Assembly (NCBI GenBank): GCA_044344255.1
Contig: JBIJDH010000009.1
Span: forward strand, 128,001 to 192,000
Direction: 5' to 3'
DNA: 64,000 nucleotides
Origin: Myxococcota bacterium
GTDB lineage: Bacteria; Myxococcota_A; UBA796; UBA2385
Under the pieces are notes generated by a model that saw only the letters and a list, made by a program, of their open reading frames with translations, did not search any database and was not told where the DNA came from. Below are positions 57,054 to 64,000 of the stretch, in pieces; position 1 is the stretch's first letter; the number at the start of each line of letters is the position of its first letter. The position numbers and the translations under genes are program-made.

Positions 57054-57832
57054 ACCTCGGCCCCTGGGTTGACGCCGCCCTCGTCGCCTCCATCGTCGGC
57101 GGGGCCGGCGTCGCCCTCTTCATCCTCGCGTGGCGCCGGCGCCACGGCCCGCGCTGGACCCTGCTCGACGTCGCCATCGCCTTCGCCACCTTCATCGGCG
57201 CCGCCTCGGTGGGCTCGCTGCTGGCGCTGCACTGGAGCACCGGCCACTACGTGCCGGTCGGGGAGCCCCCCGTGCTGCCTGCGGTCGCCGCCACGGGGGT
57301 GGGCTCGGGGATCGCGGTGACCGGCGTCTTCTTGAGGGCGAGGCCGCGAGAGCTGGCCCTCCGGGGGCCCGTCCCCTGGGGCTGGGTGGGGTGGGCCCTC
57401 CTCGGGGTGCCGCCCTTCCTCCTGCTCTCCGCGGCCTGGGTGGCCCTCCTGCAATGGATCGGCCTCAGCGCCGAGCCCCAGCGCCTCGTGGACTGGCTGG
57501 GCGGTGGGGCGGAGGGCAAGCTGGCCGTGGCCTTCTACGCGGTGCTCTACGCTCCCTTCGTCGAAGAGCTGCTGTTCCGCGGCTTCCTGCTCCCGCCCCT
57601 CCTCCGCCGCCTCGGCCCGTCCGCCGGGCTCGTCGTCGGGGGGGCCCTGTTCGGCCTGCTACACGCGAGCGACCCCACGGCGATGGCGCCGCTGGCCGTG
57701 CTCGGGCTCGCGCTCGGGTATCTGCGCCACCGCTCCGGCTCCCTCTGGCCGAGCCTCTGCCTGCACGTGGCCAACAACACGGTCGCGCTCAGCCTCACGC
57801 TCTGGAGCGCGGCGCAGGCCGGGGCGAACTGA
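57050..57832 (+). CDS. CPBP (CAAX/Abi) intramembrane metalloprotease
   Basis: PFVEELLFRG, FGLLH, HVANN. Confidence 0.9.
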   Translation: MNLGPWVDAALVASIVGGAGVALFILAWRRRHGPRWTLLDVAIAFATFIGAASVGSLLALHWSTGHYVPVGEPPVLPAVAATGVGSGIAVTGVFLRARPRELALRGPVPWGWVGWALLGVPPFLLLSAAWVALLQWIGLSAEPQRLVDWLGGGAEGKLAVAFYAVLYAPFVEELLFRGFLLPPLLRRLGPSAGLVVGGALFGLLHASDPTAMAPLAVLGLALGYLRHRSGSLWPSLCLHVANNTVALSLTLWSAAQAGAN

Positions 57833-57841
57833 CCCGGCGGC

Positions 57842-58315
57842 TCAGCGCGGCAGCGCCCGGAGCGCGCCCAAGACCTCATCGACGTGCCCCTTCACCTTCA
57901 CGGGCGACCACCAGCGGGCCACCTTGCCATCGCCGTCGATGAGGAACGTGCTGCGGACGATGCCATCGAAGACCTTGCCGTAGAGCTTCTTCTCGGCCCA
58001 GACTCCCCAGTCCTCACAGACCACCCCGTCGGCGTCGGAGAGCAGGGCGAAGGGGAGGGACTCCTTCTGGCGGAACTTGGCGTGGCGAGCCGCGCTGTCC
58101 TTGCTCACGCCGACCACGACGGCGCCTTCAGCCTCGAAGTGCGGGATCCGATCGCGGAAGTCTTGGGCCTCCGTCGTGCAGCCGGGGGTGAGGTCTTTTG
58201 GGTAGAAGTAGACGACGACAGGGTGGCCGCGGTGCTCACCGAGATCGAAGCGACCCTCGTCGGTGGGGCCGGCGAGGGTGGGAGCGGCAGCACCGACGGA
58301 AGGGAGGGAGGGCAT
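57842..58315 (-). CDS. bcp: Peroxiredoxin Bcp/PrxQ
   Basis: YFYPKDLTPGCTTEA, RSTFLID, VKVKGH. Confidence 0.93.
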   Translation of the reverse strand: MPSLPSVGAAAPTLAGPTDEGRFDLGEHRGHPVVVYFYPKDLTPGCTTEAQDFRDRIPHFEAEGAVVVGVSKDSAARHAKFRQKESLPFALLSDADGVVCEDWGVWAEKKLYGKVFDGIVRSTFLIDGDGKVARWWSPVKVKGHVDEVLGALRALPR

Positions 58316-58430
58316 GGAGGGCTCCTGTGGGCCGCCGTCCCTAACGCGAGCCCGACCCCCGTCGTGCAGGCCCCGACGTGGACCTCCCAGGTTATCGGGG
58401 CGGTTCGAACCCCATCCAGAGGGAGTGGAA

Positions 58431-59324
58431 ATGGGTGCCCGTCCCGACCGTCCCGACCGTCCTGACACCAACGCAGCCGATCGGGGCACCGAGCGCGGGC
58501 GGCGAGAGCGGCCGGAGCGTGGGCGCGCCGGGCCGGGCGGTGAACGTCCCCCTCCCCGCGGCGCATCGGCCCGCGGGGGCCCCACCCGCGGCCCTTCGAA
58601 AGAGCAGAGCGCCGCCCGCACCCGGGTCGATCAGCTGATTCGGAGCTCGGGCCTCCCCGAGCCCCTGGCCTGGCAGGTCGAACAGGGGGCGCTCACCTTG
58701 AACGAGGCCCTCCAGCAGATGGCCAACCGCGACGCCGTCGAGGCGCTCATGCGCCGTCACGCGCTGCCGAAGTCGCTGGCGGTGCAGGTGTCCCTGAAGC
58801 AGGTCGAGCTTGAGGACGTGCTCCGAGCCCGGCGGATGGACGCTCACGCCTTGCAGTGGCGAGAGTGGAGCGTCCTTGAGGATGCCCAGCGGTCTGGCAA
58901 GGTCATCGTGCTCGCCCTCCACAACAAGCGCTTCGTGACCGGAACGGTGGTCTCCGTAGCGCCCTACGAGATCACCTTTCAGCCCCGAGAGGAGAGCGCG
59001 ATCACGATTCACAAGCTGCAGATCAAGTTCGCCTGTGGTCAGGCTGACTTCTCGAAGGTCCGATCTGCGGCCAAGCGCGACCCCGACACCGACCGCGCCA
59101 TTGACCCCATCAGTCGTCCCCAGGATCGCCCGGGCTGCTCCGACAAGCGCCTCTTCGGCTACGTGGATGACGAGGCTCGGGTGGTGGTCACCACCCAAGA
59201 AGGTGAGGTGCTCAAGGGCACGCCCACCTGGATGGGTCGGTGGGAATTTGGTCTCAAGCTCGACAAGGGCGCCATCCCTGTCGTGGTTTTCCGGCACGCA
59301 GTCTTGGATGTGAGGAAGGGTTGA
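58431..59324 (+). CDS. Protein with Arg/Gly-rich N-terminus and two tandem Hfq/Sm-like domains
   Basis: GGGAG RBS; Sm-like repeats ending IHKLQI and VFRHAV (Hfq Sm2 consensus [YF]KHAI). Confidence 0.65.
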   Translation: MGARPDRPDRPDTNAADRGTERGRRERPERGRAGPGGERPPPRGASARGGPTRGPSKEQSAARTRVDQLIRSSGLPEPLAWQVEQGALTLNEALQQMANRDAVEALMRRHALPKSLAVQVSLKQVELEDVLRARRMDAHALQWREWSVLEDAQRSGKVIVLALHNKRFVTGTVVSVAPYEITFQPREESAITIHKLQIKFACGQADFSKVRSAAKRDPDTDRAIDPISRPQDRPGCSDKRLFGYVDDEARVVVTTQEGEVLKGTPTWMGRWEFGLKLDKGAIPVVVFRHAVLDVRKG

Positions 59325-59984
59325 ATGGGGGTCTTCAAAGGTTCGCTCACGGTCCGCCGATACCGTGTCATCGGCGAGGTCCCCGAGGACTTCCGCGTCC
59401 GCTATCCGGACGCCATGAACGATCACGCTCACAAAGAGCCCCGGAGCTGGGAGGTCGGCGTCGAGGCGGTCGGCTGGTGCCATGTGCACAACCTGCTCGA
59501 CACTGACTTCACCGTCCGTGACCGCTGGCTCTACAACCACTACATCACCGCCGCGGTGCGGGTCGACAAGAAGGCGCTGCCAGCGAGGCTCTTCAAGGCC
59601 CACATGGAGAAGCGGATCGCGGCCTGGTGCCAAGAGAACGGGCGGGCTCGGGCACCGAAGTCTGTGCGGGAGGAGCAGAAGCAGCTGCTCGAACAAGAGA
59701 TGCTCGTCAAGACGCTCCCCAGCGTGGCCACCACCGAATTCTGCTGGAATGTGATCGACGGCTACGTGACCTACCACGCCACCGCCGAGGCCTCGAACGA
59801 CCGCTTCCGGAAGCTGTTCCGCGCCACCTTCGGCTTGGTGTTGGCGCCGTTCTCGCCGCTCGACTTCCTCACCGATCAGCCAGAGATCGCCCACCTCCTC
59901 GAGTCTGCGGGAATCAGCGAATACCGTCCGGCTCCGAGCGAGGATGAGCACAGCGAGAGTGACCGTCGGGGAGGGCAGGACTGA
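59325..59984 (+). CDS. rdgC: RdgC-like protein (first of a pair)
   Basis: GSLTVRRYRVIG, GW, RVDKKALP, LLEQEMLVKTLPS, FRKLFRATFGL resemble the RdgC N-terminal half. Confidence 0.65.
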   Translation: MGVFKGSLTVRRYRVIGEVPEDFRVRYPDAMNDHAHKEPRSWEVGVEAVGWCHVHNLLDTDFTVRDRWLYNHYITAAVRVDKKALPARLFKAHMEKRIAAWCQENGRARAPKSVREEQKQLLEQEMLVKTLPSVATTEFCWNVIDGYVTYHATAEASNDRFRKLFRATFGLVLAPFSPLDFLTDQPEIAHLLESAGISEYRPAPSEDEHSESDRRGGQD

Positions 59985-60541
59985 TGGAAGGAAGCACCGC
60001 GCAAGAGGGCACACCGGCCCATCCCCACCTCGCCACCGAGTTCTTCGTGTGGCTGTGGTACGTCACCGAGCGGGAGGGGGGCACCGTCAATCTCGGCGAA
60101 GAGGGCGGCGTCATCGAGGTCTTCGTCGATGAACGGATCTCCTTTCGCACCCGGGACGAAGACAAGGCCCGCGCCGTCCTCACCGGCGAGGACGCCTCCA
60201 CCTCCCTCGAGGCCCGCGCCGCGATGGCCAGCGGGAAGGTCGTGCGCGACCTCCGCCTCCGGATCCGTAAAGAGGAGCGGGAGTACTCTTTCACCCTCAA
60301 GGGGAACAACCTGGATCTCGCCGGCCTCAAGCTGCCCGCCCACTCCCCCGAGGGGGAGGACGAGCTGCTCTACGAGCGGATGTTCCTCTATGAGGAGGTC
60401 TGGTTTCTTCTGCGCGCCTTGTACCGGCGTTTTGCGGCGGAGCGCACCGCCGCAGAGTGGGGGCCTGGGATCCTTCACGACATGCGAGCGTGGGTCGGTG
60501 GCGCGCCGGCTCGGCCAGACCCCGACGAAGTCGAGGCTTGA
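59984..60541 (+). CDS. RdgC-related protein (second of a pair)
   Basis: TGATG coupling; EFFVWLW and EARAAMASGKVVRDLRL resemble the RdgC C-terminal half. Confidence 0.6.
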   Translation: MEGSTAQEGTPAHPHLATEFFVWLWYVTEREGGTVNLGEEGGVIEVFVDERISFRTRDEDKARAVLTGEDASTSLEARAAMASGKVVRDLRLRIRKEEREYSFTLKGNNLDLAGLKLPAHSPEGEDELLYERMFLYEEVWFLLRALYRRFAAERTAAEWGPGILHDMRAWVGGAPARPDPDEVEA

Positions 60542-60566
60542 CCTAGGCGGGGATGCACGATATCAG
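60538..60566 (+). promoter_or_regulatory. Possible sigma70-type promoter for the tRNA
   Basis: TTGACC-N17-TATCAG ending 14 nt upstream of the tRNA; -10 imperfect. Confidence 0.35.
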
Positions 60567-60580
60567 GCCCCCGCCTTCGA

Positions 60581-60657
<77 letters not shown>

Positions 60658-60695
60658 CTTCAGTCTCGACGACCTTGAGCTGTATTTGAACGATG

Positions 60696-60728
60696 AACGG
60701 CCGGGGCACCCCCCGGCCGTTGTTGCTT
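60696..60728 (+). terminator. Probable intrinsic terminator after the tRNA
   Basis: Hairpin AACGGCCGGGG...CCCCGGCCGTT followed by GTTGCTT. Confidence 0.6.
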
Positions 60729-60747
60729 GCCGAATTGAGGGGTCTCC

Positions 60748-61257
60748 ATGCTCAGCGCCCTCCTCTGCACGCTCCTCGCCTCTGGCCCCGCCGTCGCCCA
60801 GGTCGCGGTCCCGGTCCCCACCCGCGGAGAGAAGGCCGGTGACGAGCGGCCGGGCGGCCCCTTTGGCCTCGGCGTGGCCCTGGGCTCCCCTACGGGGATC
60901 GCCACCTCCTTCTGGTTCAACGACTGGTCCAGCGTCCAGTTCTCGGTCGGCGGAAACCTCGGCCGTTACGGTGACGTCGGCGTGACCGGGGACTACCTCA
61001 TTCACTTCCGCCCCTTCCAGACGGAGAGCGCCGAGTACTCGGTCCCCCTCCACATCGGCGCGGGCATGAAGCTCGGCTCCAATATCGAGGAGCTGAGCGG
61101 CCTCGTGATGCTCGGCCCTCGGCTGAACGTCGGCGCCACGGTGATCGTGAAGGAGCTCCCGGTAGACCTCTTCGTGGACGTTGTCCCGACGCTGTTTGTG
61201 TACGAGGAATTGAGCTGGGCCTTCGACGGGCAGATCGGACTGAGGTACTACTTCTAA
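60748..61257 (+). CDS. Small outer-membrane beta-barrel protein (DUF3996-like)
   Basis: Signal peptide; FGLGVALGSPTG; alternating strands; C-terminal GLRYYF. Confidence 0.75.
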   Translation: MLSALLCTLLASGPAVAQVAVPVPTRGEKAGDERPGGPFGLGVALGSPTGIATSFWFNDWSSVQFSVGGNLGRYGDVGVTGDYLIHFRPFQTESAEYSVPLHIGAGMKLGSNIEELSGLVMLGPRLNVGATVIVKELPVDLFVDVVPTLFVYEELSWAFDGQIGLRYYF

Positions 61258-61418
61258 GCGAGCCCTCCTTCGGAGCCCTTCGTCCAAGGGTCGCTCGACA
61301 AGACACCGAGTGAATCGCGCGCGAGCGCTGCCGGAGCGAGGAGAATGACGGCACCCACCGCCCTCCCTTGGTTCCCTTGCCGTGGCCCTACCTCGCCGCA
61401 GACGGGACTGGAGCCCAG

Positions 61419-62276
61419 GTGAAGGCGCGCTTCTGGGGCGTGCGAGGGTCCATCCCGGTGCCCGGCGCGGAGACCAGCCGCTACGGCGGCAACTCTTCGT
61501 GTATTGAGGTGACGGCCCGTGACGGCGGCGCGCTGGTGTTGGACGCCGGGACCGGCGCGCGTGCCCTCGGCCGAGACCTCCTGCGGCGCCGAGAAGGGAA
61601 CGTGAACGTACTGTTCACGCACTTCCACATGGACCACTTGTTCGGCTTCCCGTTCTTTGCGCCGATCTACACCCCCACCTGCGAGGTCACGGTGGCGGTG
61701 CCAGCCTACAGCGGTGTGGACGCCCAGAACAAGCTCGGGCGCTACCTGAACGGGGTGTTTCACCCTGTGCGGATCGGAGATGTGGCGGCTCGGATGCGCT
61801 TCGAAGGGGTCCGGCCAGGGCGGGCCTTCGAGCTCGGGCCCTTTCGCATCCAGGGCGTCAGCTTGAACCACCCCGGCGGCTCCATCGGCTACCGGGTGGA
61901 GGTGGACGGGCGGGTGATCGTGTACCTCACGGACACGGCCCCGCTCGCCAGACCGGACGAGGGGCTGGCCGCCGACAAGCCCGCCCCCGCCCCCGAGGCC
62001 CGCGTCGTCGAGGCCATGCGCGACGCCGACCTCGTCATCATGGACACGATGTTCTCGTGGGAGGAGTACATGGAGAAGATGACCTGGGGTCATTCTTATC
62101 CAGCCTACGCCGCCCGCCTGGCCGAGGAGGCCGGGGCCAAGGAGCTGGTGCTCTTTCACCACTCCCCAGAGGCCGAGGATGAAGAGCTCGACCGGCTCGG
62201 CGAACGCTGGGCCCAGTACGAGCCGCTCCGTGTCACCATGGCCAGGGAGGGGAGGATCGTGGACCTCGAGGGGTAA
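61419..62276 (+). CDS. MBL-fold metallo-hydrolase (phosphodiesterase-like)
   Basis: FWGVRGSIP, YGGNSSC, LDAGTG, THFHMDH, HPGG, WGHS, LFHH. Confidence 0.9.
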   Translation: MKARFWGVRGSIPVPGAETSRYGGNSSCIEVTARDGGALVLDAGTGARALGRDLLRRREGNVNVLFTHFHMDHLFGFPFFAPIYTPTCEVTVAVPAYSGVDAQNKLGRYLNGVFHPVRIGDVAARMRFEGVRPGRAFELGPFRIQGVSLNHPGGSIGYRVEVDGRVIVYLTDTAPLARPDEGLAADKPAPAPEARVVEAMRDADLVIMDTMFSWEEYMEKMTWGHSYPAYAARLAEEAGAKELVLFHHSPEAEDEELDRLGERWAQYEPLRVTMAREGRIVDLEG

Positions 62277-62284
62277 CAAGCTGG

Positions 62285-62635
62285 GTGGACGTTTCGGTGG
62301 CGAGCAGCGTGCTCGCGGGGCCCCTCGTGCTCCTCGCGGCGCTTTGGGCCTGGTACATGCTGAACCGCCTCTGGCAGATCGAGGTCGAGGAGCGCGCCGC
62401 CGCGGCCCTCGCCTCGGTGGGTGAGCTCGGGCTGGTCCTCCGGCCGGCGGGCCTCCGCGCGCGGCGGGTGGCCGTGGGTCGCCTCTCCACCGGGGAGGAC
62501 GCGCGTGTGGTGTGGCGAGGAGGGCTCCGCGGGTTGCGCTGCCAGGTCTCGGTCCACGACCGAGAGGCCGAGACGCCGCTCCTGCTCGACCGGGAGGCCC
62601 TCACACAGGCCATCCAGGGCGTCCAAGGCCGCTGA
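62285..62635 (+). CDS. Small membrane-anchored hypothetical protein
   Basis: N-terminal TM; follows the MBL gene by 8 nt. Confidence 0.5.
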   Translation: MDVSVASSVLAGPLVLLAALWAWYMLNRLWQIEVEERAAAALASVGELGLVLRPAGLRARRVAVGRLSTGEDARVVWRGGLRGLRCQVSVHDREAETPLLLDREALTQAIQGVQGR

Positions 62636-62647
62636 AGCAGATGTGCC

Positions 62648-63811
62648 TCAGGCGCTCTGACGGAGGGCGCCCAGCTCGCGGGCCGTTCGTCGGTGGGCGT
62701 CGCGCTCCCGCGCGTAGGTGCGCAGCTTTCCGAGCACGTCGTCCAGGCGCGCCGGAGACTGATCACCGGGCTGGACCCGGGCCAGGGCGAGGCCGGCGCG
62801 GGCCTCCTCGAGGTAGGCGGAGGCGTAGTCCACGAGGGACTGCGTGCGCTGCCGCTCCATGACCAGCGCCGCGCGGTGTTCCTGGAGCTGGCTGAGGTGT
62901 CCCGCCGTGGCCACCTTACGGTCGCGGGTGAACTCGTCGGTCGTCGCCGCGGCCTCCTCGGTGAGGCGGAGGATGCGGGCGGGGAGGTCCTGCACGTCGA
63001 TGCCCTCGATCTCGACGTCGAGCCCCTGCAAGGTGACCTGGAGGCGGAAGATCCAGGCGGCCACCTCGCCGAGGCCGTCGCGGGTGTCGCGGTCCGGGGC
63101 GCGCTGCGCGAGGTCTTGATCGAGCTGTCGGGCGTGAAGACACACCCCCCGGTAGAGGGGCTGGAGGCTGCGCTCGATGACCGCGAGGCTCGGGATCCGC
63201 TGCGCGCTCAGGTAGCGGAGGCCGGCCACCGCGAGGCACTGAGCGCCGATGGCCCCGGAGACGAGGCCCCGCAGCAGCTCGCGGGGGGTGTCGAGGAGCG
63301 TCTCGGGCACGAGCGCGGTCGCGACCACCACGCCGAGGCCCACCGACGCGGCCCCGGCGAGGGCGCCCTGGAGCAGACGCTCCCTCTCGCGGGGCCCACC
63401 GTCGAGCCACACCGCGCCCAGCCCGGCCATCGCGCCGCCGACGACCACCTGGAGCGCCGTCAGGCCGGAGGTGGCTCCCCCGCCCACACCGGCGGACGAG
63501 AGGAGCACGGAGAGCGTCGAGGGGCCCCGGAGCAGGGCGCCGGAGAGCAGCGTCCCCGCGAAGACCAGCCCACCGACGCCGAGCGCCGGCCCAGGGCGGG
63601 TGATGAAGGCGGCGACGAGGCCGGCCGCCAGCACGAGCGCGAAGCTGATGTCCGGCCAGGCGGCGCCCAGCCCGGCCAGCGAGGTGGCGCCGGCGACCCC
63701 GGCCGCCGTGAGGGCCCAGGCCGCCTCCCGTCGGTACAGGCTGCGGGCCGAGGCGGGATCGAATCGATATCGCCCGACCGTCTCGACGGCGGGCTCAGCG
63801 GCTGTCGGCAC
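62648..63811 (-). CDS. Polytopic membrane protein with C-terminal coiled coil
   Basis: AAGGAGGAGG RBS; several TM segments then a helical cytoplasmic domain. Confidence 0.7.
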   Translation of the reverse strand: MPTAAEPAVETVGRYRFDPASARSLYRREAAWALTAAGVAGATSLAGLGAAWPDISFALVLAAGLVAAFITRPGPALGVGGLVFAGTLLSGALLRGPSTLSVLLSSAGVGGGATSGLTALQVVVGGAMAGLGAVWLDGGPRERERLLQGALAGAASVGLGVVVATALVPETLLDTPRELLRGLVSGAIGAQCLAVAGLRYLSAQRIPSLAVIERSLQPLYRGVCLHARQLDQDLAQRAPDRDTRDGLGEVAAWIFRLQVTLQGLDVEIEGIDVQDLPARILRLTEEAAATTDEFTRDRKVATAGHLSQLQEHRAALVMERQRTQSLVDYASAYLEEARAGLALARVQPGDQSPARLDDVLGKLRTYARERDAHRRTARELGALRQSA

Positions 63812-64000
63812 GGGCCTCCTCCTTCGACTTCTTCAGCTGGTAATTTCCCGCCTCGGAGGAGGCCGGAGCCGCCGCGAAGGCCCCTCGCTGGCTGGCGTAA
63901 TGAGCGGCCTGCTCACCGAGGCCGGCGTCGCCCAGGGACACGCTGGCCTCGGTCAGCAGGTCCTCGGCCTCTTGGATGCGGGCCTGGTTGGCGAGGAGGT
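63795..64000 (-). CDS. 3' end of a gene truncated by the window edge
   Basis: Open frame ...LLANQARIQEAEDLL...KKSKEEARADSR-stop, overlapping the next start. Confidence 0.55.
   Translation of the reverse strand, partial: LLANQARIQEAEDLLTEASVSLGDAGLGEQAAHYASQRGAFAAAPASSEAGNYQLKKSKEEARADSR

Noticed and set aside
57050..57832. CAAX/Abi protein as an abortive-infection gene
   Set aside because: The Abi name is historical; CPBP proteases are widespread and the context is housekeeping

Overview
A 64-kb, gene-dense, very GC-rich bacterial window. The gene content (PEGA protein, Ser/Thr kinase-FGE fusion, many lipoproteins, two-gene RdgC-like pair) suggests Myxococcota or a related deltaproteobacterial lineage; this is inference. 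Most of it is housekeeping and envelope genes: acyl-CoA dehydrogenase, YfgM/BamB-like pair, Mla/MCE transporter, purB, pfkA, folB, ABC transporter, Omp85-type barrel, peptidases, lytic transglycosylase, cysteine synthase, thiolase, bcp and one tRNA-Arg(CCG). I saw no CRISPR array, integrase, transposase or reverse transcriptase. Best leads: (1) a lower-GC accessory block (~29.5-34.1 kb) with an orphan 364-aa gene and a 965-aa protein combining repeated Lrp/AsnC-like modules with an HExxH zincin motif, a candidate uncharacterised two-gene system; (2) a protein with an Arg/Gly-rich tail and two tandem Hfq/Sm-like domains, coupled to a split RdgC-like pair; (3) several apparent pseudoenzymes, including a motif-dead phosphoglucose isomerase homologue, a motif-dead GT2 glycosyltransferase and a tandem M14 pair with complementary loss of catalytic residues; (4) a thiolase resembling the trypanosomatid SCP2 type. 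All family calls come from motif recognition by eye; no searches were run.
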